Translations under genes and position numbers: made by a program | From: Candidatus Heimdallarchaeota archaeon | GTDB lineage: Archaea; Asgardarchaeota; Heimdallarchaeia; JABLTI01 | Length of the DNA: 64,000 nucleotides | Assembly: GCA_019056785.1 (NCBI GenBank) | Contig: DXJV01000084.1 | Coordinates: 64,001-128,000 of the forward strand | Direction: 5' to 3' | Notes under the pieces: generated by a model | The model's database searches: none | Seen by the model: the letters and a program-made list of their open reading frames with translations, nothing else | Told to the model about the DNA's origin: nothing | Shown: positions 1-9,855 of the stretch, piece by piece | Position numbering within the stretch: the stretch's first letter is position 1 | Layout: each line of letters starts with the position of its first letter

Positions 1-1
1 T

Positions 2-220
2 CTTCGAGAGCTGGGATTTGCTTTTGCATTGGCAATTATTTTAGACACCACAGTTATAAGATTAATTCTAGTGCCGGCCATAATGATGTTGATGGAAAAA
101 CTCAACTGGGTTGGCCCAAAGAGGTTGATGCGCGCACGTCACCACGATGCAGAATTTCTGCAAAAAGTGAAAGAAAAGTCTTCACTAAAACCTGAGGAGA
201 AAAAAGAGAAGGAAAAATGA
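2..220 (+). CDS. MMPL/RND-family membrane transporter, C-terminal part (gene begins before the window)
   Basis: Frame 2 reads LRELGFAFALAIILDTTVIRLILVPAIMMLMEKLNWVGP, the typical last-TM motif of MMPL proteins (G..LA..LD...VR..LVPA.M......NW..P). Confidence 0.75.
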   Translation, partial: LRELGFAFALAIILDTTVIRLILVPAIMMLMEKLNWVGPKRLMRARHHDAEFLQKVKEKSSLKPEEKKEKEK

Positions 221-235
221 TTGCCTTTATGTGAA

Positions 236-1306
236 TCATTTTTTCGATCCGAGTTGTGACAGAGCGATTTTTTCAAATCCACGAGCATTCGCTAACACAG
301 GGTCTTCTGGGACAATAACCTCATCTGGTGATTTAACAATATTCTGCTCAGTCAAAATGGATTTCATGTTCTCTCCAAAGACTTCTGCCCCTCCGCCGGT
401 GAGAATAACTTTTTCAATCCACGCATCTGGTGGAAGGGTTCCCAAGAGGGTTGACAGCTCATCTACAATTATATTGGAAATGGTTTTCACATAATAACTC
501 AATGTCTCTGAAATGTCAAACTGTTCACCAGCAATCATCACGTTTGTTCGGCCCATTTCGATTGACTTTATCAACTCAAATGGCCGCATGATCTTACCCG
601 TTTGTTGATTAAGATTGCTAGCAATTCGTTCTGCTAGGGTAGTTATAGATTCCTGTACACTACCGCTTGCAGTTCGCATTAAGCGCCCTTCATAAACAGT
701 GAGAATATTCGTTGCACCAGCACCTATATCAATCACTACGGCATCAACTGCCCTGTTTTCACCAGAGGTTTTCAAGATTTCGTAATATGAACCATAACAT
801 ACTGGCATAACCAAACATTTGTCGATTTTCAAATGAATTTGTTTTTCTTCGCCGGTAGCGTCATTTGCAACATTGATAGTCATCGCACCTTTGAGTCCCG
901 AACTAAGATTGGTCATTTCTTCTTGAGAGCTTGCAACCGGCACTCCTGTTGCAATAACCAAATTTGCATAATCACTTTCAACAAAATTGGAGAGAGCGGC
1001 CTTTATAGCAATAATTGCATCTTTTAGGCTTTTCATTTTACCTTTTTCAGCAAGTGGGCGTTTAATTTCACTCTGTAATCGCGCCAGTTCTCCCACAAAA
1101 AATTTCCGGCCTTCATCCGTATGAAGAACAAGATTGTTGATCCAACTTTTGTCTGTCCCCAATCCTTTCCAGCCGGGATTTGGATCGCCAATTAAACTTG
1201 GGATTTTCACTATTTTTTGACCATTTTTTCCCACGAGCTTGGTAAGACTCGTCCCGAGATCGATACCAATGGCCAATGTATCAGTTTTTGATGTCTTTTT
1301 AGACAA
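236..1306 (-). CDS. Actin-fold ATPase, ParM/StbA/Ta0583-like
   Basis: Phosphate-1 IGIDLGTSLTK, connect region IATGVPV, phosphate-2 VIDIGAGATN, adenosine motif ILTGGGAE, C-terminal ANARG; 356 aa. Confidence 0.9.
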   Translation of the reverse strand: MSKKTSKTDTLAIGIDLGTSLTKLVGKNGQKIVKIPSLIGDPNPGWKGLGTDKSWINNLVLHTDEGRKFFVGELARLQSEIKRPLAEKGKMKSLKDAIIAIKAALSNFVESDYANLVIATGVPVASSQEEMTNLSSGLKGAMTINVANDATGEEKQIHLKIDKCLVMPVCYGSYYEILKTSGENRAVDAVVIDIGAGATNILTVYEGRLMRTASGSVQESITTLAERIASNLNQQTGKIMRPFELIKSIEMGRTNVMIAGEQFDISETLSYYVKTISNIIVDELSTLLGTLPPDAWIEKVILTGGGAEVFGENMKSILTEQNIVKSPDEVIVPEDPVLANARGFEKIALSQLGSKK

Positions 1307-1395
1307 TGCATTTTACCCCTATTATAGTTGTATATTTTAACCTTAAAAACAATTGATTATAATACTTTAACGATTGGGGATTTTCAGTAAAAAAA

Positions 1396-2766
1396 TTACG
1401 ACGAGCGACTTTTTGATGGCTTCTTTTTCAATTGCAACTGTTTTTCAGTTTTCACAGAGGTGGTGCTAACAGGACGAATGATTAGCCCTTCTTGATAACG
1501 AGCCAAACGTATTGCCAGTCGTTTTTGGATATAATGAACTAACAATCCTACTAATAAGAATAAAAGTGCAAGTGGTATGAGGATAAGCAGAATCATTTCT
1601 GGTTGTTGGGCTTCTATACTGTCAACAATAGAGGCTGGCATATGAAGCACGCGTAAAACCGGCAGGGGATTCAAGGCAAGCCAAGAAAAAATCGCTAAGG
1701 CAGCTAAGCGAAAGATTGTTCCTGTGGTAATAATAAGAATTAATCTGGTAATGGAAGGGGTGTAAGCTGAAGCAGATAAAGATACAGCTATAAAAGGATC
1801 GTTTTTCTCCAGATGCATATAATATGTTTTTAGGCGGTTATTCAATTTGTCCCAATCCTCCCCCGTATTTATCCTAAAGAGTTTTCGACCAACCAAGCCA
1901 CGTATCTTTGAAAAAGCAGCCACTATTGCCGGGCGGGAAGGAGTTTCCTCTTTCCCTTTTACCAAAACGTCTGAATGTTGAATGGAGGAAGTTGGTTCTT
2001 TTAACTTCTGAGGAGTAACGGTAGTCAATTTGAATTCTTTTATGCGTTTAATATTGCTTGAAATTCTTCTGTGACGATGTATATTTGGGCTTATGACGCT
2101 ATAGATATAATTTGCTTGAAAACTTAACTCGAGGAATAAATAAAGGAGAAAAGCAGTGATAACTAATTTCGAAAAAATCATTTGAATGATATTTCCACTG
2201 TTAAAATTGGTGTCAATTAATAATTTACCATTTAATGAAGCCAAACCCAAAACAATGTTCAAGGCAAAAAAGGAAATGGCAGAAAGACCAGGATTGCATT
2301 CACGGATAAAGCCCATACCTGCAATGAAAGCAAAAACAATAGAGGTGATAATACTAAAAGCATAGATTGAGTTAACGATATTTTCTTGTGCAGGAATTTG
2401 CATGGGATTAATGATAAGATCCTCAATATTCAACCCTAAAATAGTCCCATTCCCTCCAAAGATTGCATTGTGAATACTCATCATTAAAGCAACGGCATCT
2501 GGGTCAGAATAACCAAACATCAATGCAATGCCATACCCTGCAAGAAGAAAAATGAGCTCAAATAGAAAGATGATGAATTTTAATCCCCACCAGAAGAGCT
2601 TGAAATTCCAAACACTTGAATCGATTAAACTAATTACTAAACCGAAACCACTGAGGAAAATGAGAATGGCGAAAAGCCTATTGAGATTTAAGAGAAGTTG
2701 CATTCGTTTTACTCTTTGTTCTTCTACTCTTGTGGGATCAATTGCTCTCTTAGACAAGACCAACAC
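1396..2766 (-). CDS. Multi-pass membrane protein, last gene of the MoxR operon
   Basis: About 7-8 hydrophobic segments and a large basic loop; overlaps the DUF58 gene by 17 nt. Confidence 0.7.
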   Translation of the reverse strand: MLVLSKRAIDPTRVEEQRVKRMQLLLNLNRLFAILIFLSGFGLVISLIDSSVWNFKLFWWGLKFIIFLFELIFLLAGYGIALMFGYSDPDAVALMMSIHNAIFGGNGTILGLNIEDLIINPMQIPAQENIVNSIYAFSIITSIVFAFIAGMGFIRECNPGLSAISFFALNIVLGLASLNGKLLIDTNFNSGNIIQMIFSKLVITAFLLYLFLELSFQANYIYSVISPNIHRHRRISSNIKRIKEFKLTTVTPQKLKEPTSSIQHSDVLVKGKEETPSRPAIVAAFSKIRGLVGRKLFRINTGEDWDKLNNRLKTYYMHLEKNDPFIAVSLSASAYTPSITRLILIITTGTIFRLAALAIFSWLALNPLPVLRVLHMPASIVDSIEAQQPEMILLILIPLALLFLLVGLLVHYIQKRLAIRLARYQEGLIIRPVSTTSVKTEKQLQLKKKPSKSRSS

Positions 2767-4147
2767 CTCTTCTTTTGGCTTCTATATATTCATTTATCAC
2801 CGAGACCAGGAAATCATCTGGACCAACGGAGATGATACCCGCACGATATCGTTGAATGTCTTTGCTCAAGCGATTCCTAATCTCAAAATACTCCTCAGCA
2901 ATAGCTTCACCGAGGGCTTTTTCTGTGGGACCCAAAAGCTTGTTTTGAATTTCGAAGAAAGGTCCAAAGGGAGAGATAATGACGACATCAAAACCTGCAG
3001 CTGATGCTTTTCGCACGCCATCTAGGATATCTTTCCGTTTTCCTTCTAAGTCTGAAATGATAAATAGCAACCCGCGATTACGAGTGCGCATAATTAAATC
3101 TTCAACTGCTTTTGAAAGAGAAGAAGGCCCTTGAGGCATAGCATAAGCAAGATCCTCAAGGATTTTGTTGAAATGAGAGGCGCCTTGCCCTGATTTTACA
3201 TAGGTCTTTATCCGGTTGGTATAAGTGGCTAAACCGAGAAGGTCCTTTCTCTCCTGGGCCATATGCGCAAGTAAAACCACCGCACGGATACTGAATTCTA
3301 ATTTAGTGTTTCTAATTAATCCTTGCCCCATGCTTTGGGAAGTGTCCAACAAGATCATTACTCGGACATTTTTCTCCGTTTCAAATTCACGAATTTTCAA
3401 CTTGAGTGTTCTACTATAAGCTTTCCAATCAATATAACGGAAGGCATCTTCGGGGTAATAATCCCGGATGCCCCAAAATTCCATGCCTGTGCCTTTTAAT
3501 TTTGTTTTATGAATACCAAACATGCGGCCCAATTGACGCTTTGCGCCCAACACTTTTAACTTCTTAATGTCTTCATAGGAGGGGTAGATCAAAATTTCAT
3601 CAAAGTTGTGTTTAATCTTCTCTTCTTCATAAAATCCCAGCCGGTCATGGATTATGACCTTGGTTGGACCAATTTTATAGAGACCTCTTACGGGTGTTCG
3701 GAGAATATAAGAAAACTCTGCTTTTCCGCGAGCACTGATTCTCGTATAGAGATAATTCTCACCCAACACTAAGTCCATCGTTTCGGGGTATGCATCATAA
3801 ATCTCGAGATGGTCTATTGCGCTGGGGCCACGATTATGAATAATAATCCGCACGTGGATATACTCTCCGGCAAAACATTTCCGTTTATCAAGAACACGTT
3901 CGATTTGAATACCTTCAGTATTTGCCTGAATACGAAAGATTGGATAACCAAAGGTTGTTCCTATCACCATGAGGATACCGATTAAGAGAAAATAGAGAAC
4001 AATGATGTCAGAAATATTATAGAGCGAGGGCTGTTGGGTGATAAGGTAAACAATATCAAAAATAGGTTTTAACCCTTCTAGGGCTAAGCCTATTGAGAGC
4101 ATAAACAACCCTCCGAAAAGGATAAAGGAACCTCTTTTTGATATCAT
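2750..4147 (-). CDS. DUF58 / von Willebrand factor A domain protein (MoxR partner)
   Basis: Two N-terminal TMs, Ig-like region (RGLYKIGP), DUF58 motif GMEFWGIRDYYPEDAFRYIDWKAYSR, MIDAS-like LLDTSQSM, and IISD. Confidence 0.92.
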   Translation of the reverse strand: MISKRGSFILFGGLFMLSIGLALEGLKPIFDIVYLITQQPSLYNISDIIVLYFLLIGILMVIGTTFGYPIFRIQANTEGIQIERVLDKRKCFAGEYIHVRIIIHNRGPSAIDHLEIYDAYPETMDLVLGENYLYTRISARGKAEFSYILRTPVRGLYKIGPTKVIIHDRLGFYEEEKIKHNFDEILIYPSYEDIKKLKVLGAKRQLGRMFGIHKTKLKGTGMEFWGIRDYYPEDAFRYIDWKAYSRTLKLKIREFETEKNVRVMILLDTSQSMGQGLIRNTKLEFSIRAVVLLAHMAQERKDLLGLATYTNRIKTYVKSGQGASHFNKILEDLAYAMPQGPSSLSKAVEDLIMRTRNRGLLFIISDLEGKRKDILDGVRKASAAGFDVVIISPFGPFFEIQNKLLGPTEKALGEAIAEEYFEIRNRLSKDIQRYRAGIISVGPDDFLVSVINEYIEAKRRGVGLV

Positions 4148-4182
4148 TTCTCTGCCAGCTCATTCGGTAATTTTCGTTTAAT

Positions 4183-5190
4183 TTATCTGGTTTCCCTAAT
4201 GGAAACGTTTTGGATTATTTCTTTCAAGATTGTTTGTGCTGTAATGCCCTCCAAGTCTGCTTCTGGTTTTACTATTAACCGATGATAGACGGCATCAATA
4301 GCAACACGCTTAACATCATCAGGAACAACGTAGTCCCGACCATTAATTGCGGCATGAGCTTTTGAAGCGCTTAACATAGCAATGCTCGCTCGTGGACTGC
4401 CACCCAAGAGTAAGCGGGGGTCAGTTCGAGTGCGAATTGTTATATCACGGATAAATTCAATGATTGCTTGATCAACAAAAACCTCATTGTGAACAAATTG
4501 CTGAAGACGGATGATGGTTTCAGGCGTGGTGATTTCGTTTATCTGGTTATCAATAGGTTTATGCTTCAGTTTTATGATCATTTCTTCTTCCGCGGGATTA
4601 GGCAAACCGACAACTGATTTCATTAAGAAGCGGTCAAGCTGGGCCTCTGGAAGTGGATAGGTTCCTTCTTGTTCAATGGGATTTTGTGTTGCAATAACAA
4701 TAAAGGGTGAACTAAGCGGATAAGTATTGCCTTCAATAGACACCTGCCGCTCTGCCATTGCCTCGAGAAGAGCACTTTGAGTTTTCGGAGGGGCCCGGTT
4801 AATTTCATCAGCAAGCAAAATGTTGGTAAAGATCGGCCCCCGACGAAGTTTAAAGGTCCCTGAACGTTGGTCAAAGACATTTGTCCCGAGAACATCAGAG
4901 GGTAAAAGGTCAGGAGTAAATTGTACCCTTTTATATTTACAACCCAGAGTTGCTGCAAACATTTTCGCCAAGGTCGTTTTCGCAATTCCGGGAACGCCTT
5001 CTAATAAAATATGCCCATCACATAAGAGCGTTATAAGCAAATTTTGGACGATCTTTTTCATCCCGATGATATGCTTTGCAAGCTCATCACTGATGCTCTT
5101 AGCAATGCGTTCAACGTCTGAGACGCTTACGAGAGAGCTTCTTTTCGAGACTTTTTTCTCCGGTGGTGGAGGAGGAATAAATTCTGCCAT
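4183..5190 (-). CDS. moxR: MoxR-family AAA+ ATPase
   Basis: GHILLEGVPGIAKT (Walker A), RVQFTPDLLPSD, LLADEINRAPPKTQSALLEAM, ATQNPIEQEGTYPLPEAQLDRF, GSPRAS. Confidence 0.96.
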   Translation of the reverse strand: MAEFIPPPPPEKKVSKRSSLVSVSDVERIAKSISDELAKHIIGMKKIVQNLLITLLCDGHILLEGVPGIAKTTLAKMFAATLGCKYKRVQFTPDLLPSDVLGTNVFDQRSGTFKLRRGPIFTNILLADEINRAPPKTQSALLEAMAERQVSIEGNTYPLSSPFIVIATQNPIEQEGTYPLPEAQLDRFLMKSVVGLPNPAEEEMIIKLKHKPIDNQINEITTPETIIRLQQFVHNEVFVDQAIIEFIRDITIRTRTDPRLLLGGSPRASIAMLSASKAHAAINGRDYVVPDDVKRVAIDAVYHRLIVKPEADLEGITAQTILKEIIQNVSIRETR

Positions 5191-5270
5191 TTCTTCATAC
5201 CCCGATTATTTTTTTTATTTTCTTTTGTTATTTTTTTTCATCATATTCGATGATCGTGACAATTTAATTT

Positions 5271-6788
5271 TCAAATAGTGGTTTTTGTTGCTGTATCTTC
5301 TATATCTTTTAATTCAATAACCAATTGGGTGAATTCTTCTTCGGAAATCTTCTTAGCTTTCCGAATTATGAGCTCAACTCTGTTGAGCGTTTCTTGAACC
5401 TTTTTAAAGTTAAAGTCGTAGGGAAAGTGTGTTTGCAATAAGCCGATAATTGTCTCGGCATTTAACTCGTCATCCAGGCCAAATTTCTTTTTAAAACGCC
5501 TGTGCAGTCTATTGTAAATGAGATTTAACGCATTGGCAAATTGTTGGTAATTCATATACCAAGCCATCTTTGCTGCAAAAAAGGAGCGCGAGCGTTGTTG
5601 TTTTATTTTTGTCATCAACAACGGGGACGGTCCTTTGGACTTTGGATACCGCCGGCGCAAGAAGAGAAAAGTGATAAGTGGAAACAAAGGTGCGAGAAGT
5701 GGAAACATTGTAAAGGAGTCTACATAGCGTAAATATAAACTAACATAACTAAACGGATCGATAATACTGAGAAACACCCTTCCACCCGAAGAACTGAGAT
5801 GAGACTCATCATAATAGATCCTTCCAGTATTATTCCAATCTAACCACTCAAAAATGCGGTTAGTAAGTTCGGCATTATCATAATTGGGCATTTCCATTAA
5901 TTCATTAATGAAAATACTTGGGTCCGAACAGATAAGAATATTGCCTACCCCAATAGCACTTAATGGTAAAGGAACCATCACAGAGAAAGGAACGCCACGC
6001 CACTCATACTCATCTGGATAATAAACGCCTTTTTTAGCGGAAGCAATATCAGTCTCTAACCAGCTATTACTAGAACTAACGGCAATTCCTGATGGAATGG
6101 GTACCCCCTGATAGGAAAAAGTGGGGACCCACCGTGTTTCACCGGTTTCATTATTAAAGCCAAGAAATGAAATGGAAGAGGGATAGCTGGTAATGACTCG
6201 GCTAACTCCACTAAGAGAAGGCCCGCCGGGAAAGTCTATGAAATTCCTAAGGATAGGCATAACGGGGCTTCGATAATAGGATTGAGCATCCATTAGCAAC
6301 GAGCCGTTTATTTTTATCCCCGCAAGAGGAAGGGTAGAGAGGCCCAATCCAGATGTATTAATACTACTAACGAACGGGCGCAAAATGGTATTGACAATAC
6401 CGAGAATGTCATTCGCACGTCCAAAGTCATCTGCAATAATCACACTGCCACCACGCATAATAAAGTAAGCAAGGGCGGCAGTCTCTGTTGGATCAAAAAA
6501 GATTGTTGGACCAATAATAGTTAAAACGCCCATTTCATCCAAGCGCGTCAAGGCATTTAAGGTAGAAACTACCGGGTGAAATTCAAAACCTTGTTGCTCT
6601 AATTGCACTCGAAGGTCGCTGGTACCATCCCAACCTGTATTATAAATAGAAAATTGTCGAGAACCCTCTTGTCCAATTCGAGTGAATGATAAAAATAATG
6701 GCAAACAAAAAATGATAAAAATTATCGAAAGGAGAAATGCATCTTTATCGATTCGTGAAAAGACAGTCTTTTTTTCCTTTTTTGCCAT
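5271..6788 (-). CDS. DUF4350 (GIFT/GATase-like fold) membrane-anchored protein
   Basis: N-terminal TM, FSIYNTGWDGTS, FIMRGGSVIIADDFG, GNILICSDPSIFIN, IYYDESH, second TM and a helical C-terminus. Typical MoxR-operon member. Confidence 0.85.
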   Translation of the reverse strand: MAKKEKKTVFSRIDKDAFLLSIIFIIFCLPLFLSFTRIGQEGSRQFSIYNTGWDGTSDLRVQLEQQGFEFHPVVSTLNALTRLDEMGVLTIIGPTIFFDPTETAALAYFIMRGGSVIIADDFGRANDILGIVNTILRPFVSSINTSGLGLSTLPLAGIKINGSLLMDAQSYYRSPVMPILRNFIDFPGGPSLSGVSRVITSYPSSISFLGFNNETGETRWVPTFSYQGVPIPSGIAVSSSNSWLETDIASAKKGVYYPDEYEWRGVPFSVMVPLPLSAIGVGNILICSDPSIFINELMEMPNYDNAELTNRIFEWLDWNNTGRIYYDESHLSSSGGRVFLSIIDPFSYVSLYLRYVDSFTMFPLLAPLFPLITFLFLRRRYPKSKGPSPLLMTKIKQQRSRSFFAAKMAWYMNYQQFANALNLIYNRLHRRFKKKFGLDDELNAETIIGLLQTHFPYDFNFKKVQETLNRVELIIRKAKKISEEEFTQLVIELKDIEDTATKTTI

Positions 6789-6822
6789 GATTTTTATCCT
6801 CTAGTTATTATTTCTTCTTAAT

Positions 6823-9300
6823 TTAATTATCCTTCTTTTTCAAAGCTAATTGAACGTTTTCCAAAGCCTGTTTGCACAAGTGAAAATTATTTTTCGTTAT
6901 CTTATGATCACTAAAACGCGCTTCCTCATAACGCATTACTAGCATTGTGATGTCCCGGACAGGAACACGATTTGTAGAATTGACAATTCGAGCTAATTCT
7001 CTCGGAGAGAGCTTAGTAGCCTCAGAGATAAATAAATCCTGTATACAGAGTAATTCGAATGCACGATAGCACAAGATTACGGCACGACGATAGTCCTTAG
7101 CTTTAGCAGCTTCATCAAGCATTTTCATGACTGTCGAAAGATCGAGCCCTTCTCCCAATTCGCCTACAGCAAGAGTCTTTTTCGCTTTCCGGAAGCGCCC
7201 GAAAGCATAGATAACTGAAATTAGCACAATTAATGATACAGTTGATACAAGTATTCCAATTGCAAGTTTATCTGACAAATTCAAACCTCCATTTGGTTGT
7301 GTTGATGACGGTGGGGTTGTGGATGATGGTGGAGTAGCAGCAGGAGCACTAACCTCCATTTGGAAGGTGAAAATGCTGCTGGGGTCATCATTGAATGTGA
7401 TAGTAATAGTGTAGTTATTAGCTGGAAACCTGAGGAATCCAGCTGAGGGCAAAGTGAGATTTCCCGCACTATTTAATGTTTCATTATATGTTATGAATCC
7501 TCCGATTTGGATAACTATTGCACGACCGCCAACTCCCCTACCAAAATTGTCTGTTATAGCAGTGTGGAAAGTAAAATTCGTATAATTGTAAATAATGTTC
7601 CCGGCAAGGGTGCTAACTCTTGAGCCATCAATTATTTCAGTTCGATTAAGCCAAACTCTAATCTGGACAGATGTAAAGACATTAACCAAGAAACTGGTAT
7701 TGGAGGCAGTATAATATCTTGTAGTGCCTGTTGTTAAATAAACAGTGCCATTTTTCAAGGCAGGGTTTACTGTTTCAGGAATTTGTAAAAGTAGATTGTA
7801 ACTCCCAGAACTAGATGTTATTGCACTAACTGGTATCCCAAAGTCCTCCCATTGAGCTGACACTGAAATATTCTCTATGCCAACATTACTAAATGAATCC
7901 CGAATTGTGCCGGTGATTGAGATGTTCTCTCCAGGCATTGCCAAAACAGTGCTTGAAGTTACAAGTGAGCCATTAACAAGGGGTGTTGCGACGGTGGAAT
8001 TCCCGTAAATGGTAATATTATGATATTCCACACTTGCAGTTATGCCTTGACCGGGGGCAACATCTACAGATAATGGATGATCACCAACGGTTAAAGAATT
8101 GTTTAAAATAAAGGTGGTACTAAAATTGCCGTCAGCAGCAGAAGCAAAACTATGAACAGTTGTAGAACTATCGGCTAAAACATTCAGATTGACCGGAAAA
8201 CCAAACGGATTGCCGTTAGTATCGGTAATTTGACCTGAGAGAGAAATGCTAGTAATCCCCCGAAGAACGCTGGGGTAGAGGAAAGGCGCGGGAGGTAAGG
8301 GGTTATCAATGGAAAAAGTAATTCCTGCCCCAGAAAACACTTCAATGCTTTGTGAAGTGTTACACCAGTCGGCCGCAGGAGAAGACAATTGGGAGGCAGA
8401 GGTAATCGTTCCAACAACATACGGAAGACCCAATGTTGTGAGGTTATAAGAAGCAATAAGAATATGAGAACCTAAAGAGGTTGTACCTGGAACAATAAAA
8501 GTTGTATGAGCAATTAACCCACTAATTGAGACTTCAGTCACATTCCCAAGCCAGCTAAAAGTTATGTTTGTACCTTCAGCAGCTGTGATTGGTTGGGGGT
8601 TAGAAAGCGTACTATTATCAAAGAATAAAGCAGCATCAGCAGTAAAGCCATTGTTTCGACGAACAATTGTTTGATTTACTTGCATTAACATTATACCGTA
8701 AGCATAACATTCAATTGTATCAGTCGTAAATTGACGATTATCCTCGATGGGCCCAAGTAGGGGATCGCCAGGAAAAACGGAATAAACTGTTTGCTGCCCT
8801 GCAGATTTGGAATGATCATTATCAACACAAGTAATGGTAAAATCGCCATTACTATTCGTTGTACCTTGGCCAATAAGATAATTATTTTCTAAATTAGTCC
8901 TATCTGTCTCGTATTCTGCCCAAGTAAAATGCTCCCAGAAAATCTTAATTGGTTCTCCGGGAATGCCTTCGCCAGTAGAGTTATCTACAAGCCGGCCCGT
9001 AACAACAAATGCTTCCCCCCGAACAATGGTCGTTGGGTTTAAGGACTCAAGATGATGAGAATTTTGATTCGGAGTCGATTGGGCAGACATTATTGTGTTA
9101 GCAGCATCAGCAGGCAAAATAGTTGCTGTAAGAACAGTCGAAGAAGACGCTTCCCCTGGTGGTAGGTTATTAACTGAAGAGGAAGGAACCGAAGTTGGAG
9201 GAAATAGGATGGAAGAAAAGGCCAGTAGAATGAGGAAAACACAAAAACCCAGTACAATAAAGACCGAGTACTTATAGGGAGAAGTTTTTCTTACCGCCAA
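6823..9300 (-). CDS. Surface protein with Ig-like repeats, a TM helix and a C-terminal DUF4129 domain
   Basis: Signal/TM anchor, Thr/Ser/Asn-rich beta repeats (GRLVD..GEGI, GQITDTNG, GTIRD), PPSST linker, TM, then DUF4129 motifs AVILCY..F, SPRE, YEEARFS. Confidence 0.85.
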   Translation of the reverse strand: MAVRKTSPYKYSVFIVLGFCVFLILLAFSSILFPPTSVPSSSVNNLPPGEASSSTVLTATILPADAANTIMSAQSTPNQNSHHLESLNPTTIVRGEAFVVTGRLVDNSTGEGIPGEPIKIFWEHFTWAEYETDRTNLENNYLIGQGTTNSNGDFTITCVDNDHSKSAGQQTVYSVFPGDPLLGPIEDNRQFTTDTIECYAYGIMLMQVNQTIVRRNNGFTADAALFFDNSTLSNPQPITAAEGTNITFSWLGNVTEVSISGLIAHTTFIVPGTTSLGSHILIASYNLTTLGLPYVVGTITSASQLSSPAADWCNTSQSIEVFSGAGITFSIDNPLPPAPFLYPSVLRGITSISLSGQITDTNGNPFGFPVNLNVLADSSTTVHSFASAADGNFSTTFILNNSLTVGDHPLSVDVAPGQGITASVEYHNITIYGNSTVATPLVNGSLVTSSTVLAMPGENISITGTIRDSFSNVGIENISVSAQWEDFGIPVSAITSSSGSYNLLLQIPETVNPALKNGTVYLTTGTTRYYTASNTSFLVNVFTSVQIRVWLNRTEIIDGSRVSTLAGNIIYNYTNFTFHTAITDNFGRGVGGRAIVIQIGGFITYNETLNSAGNLTLPSAGFLRFPANNYTITITFNDDPSSIFTFQMEVSAPAATPPSSTTPPSSTQPNGGLNLSDKLAIGILVSTVSLIVLISVIYAFGRFRKAKKTLAVGELGEGLDLSTVMKMLDEAAKAKDYRRAVILCYRAFELLCIQDLFISEATKLSPRELARIVNSTNRVPVRDITMLVMRYEEARFSDHKITKNNFHLCKQALENVQLALKKKDN

Positions 9301-9414
9301 CAGGATTCATACCACCAGATCAAATTGTCTTACATGGTTCAATTACTCTTTTATTATTATTATTCTAAAATGTAAACCACTTATTTATAGATTCTTAATT
9401 GTGCACTTTAAAAA

Positions 9415-9755
9415 AAGCGGATCGAAGAAGGTGGAAAGGATAAAGACCTTCAAAAATTTACTAAACCAGGTCGATGGTCGGGCTTAGCACCAGTAAACTG
9501 GGCTTAGGGGCCGACCATCTGTTTGAATAACACTTCAACGGTTTGGCATTCTAGGACTCATCAAATTGTGTTATTCCAATCTGGCTCTTACAATTTCACC
9601 ACTTTTGGAACACCATTCTTCTATCGGGCAGTAAGAAGATTCCCCAAACTCTTGTGGCTCAGAGTCTATTCAATACAAGGAATAGCTCTCCTGTTTGAGG
9701 GCGTCCTATGATGAAATGATAAGCGCGATTACTTTTCCTTAGATCCTCAAACACA
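9415..9755 (-). ncRNA. Candidate structured non-coding RNA (~340 nt), family not recognised
   Basis: At least six stems visible: 9692-9700/9745-9753, 9661-9671/9680-9689, 9604-9610/9642-9648, 9525-9533/9568-9576, 9473-9481/9511-9519, 9427-9432/9446-9451. On the minus strand a TTTTTATT box lies ~25-30 nt upstream and a T7 tract follows the last hairpin. No credible ORF. Confidence 0.55.
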
Positions 9756-9855
9756 TTCTATCTATTATACACTTACCAATAAAAAAGTTACCTTTCAACC
9801 TTTTCCTTTTTTGTTCAACTCTTTCTTCTCACCGGCTAATTGTCTATGTTATTTT

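Noticed and set aside
9540-9565. Hammerhead-like UGAUGAGUCC on the minus strand
   Set aside because: Reads UUGAUGA rather than CUGAUGA and lacks the downstream GGAC-GAAA core.
9523-9711. 62-aa ORF inside the structured intergenic region
   Set aside because: TTG start without an RBS, no recognisable motif, and it lies entirely within the stem-loop array.
9692-9753. SECIS-like or C/D-box reading of the hairpin containing ATGATGA (plus strand)
   Set aside because: Upper helix is short and irregular, there is no matching CTGA D box, and no nearby gene needs UGA readthrough.
9415-9755. Assignment of the RNA candidate to SRP RNA, RNase P RNA, or cobalamin/glycine riboswitches
   Set aside because: No SRP helix-8 motif with a GNRA loop, no P4-forming GAGGAANNUCC/ACANAANNNGGCUUA pair, and only isolated short riboswitch-like words.
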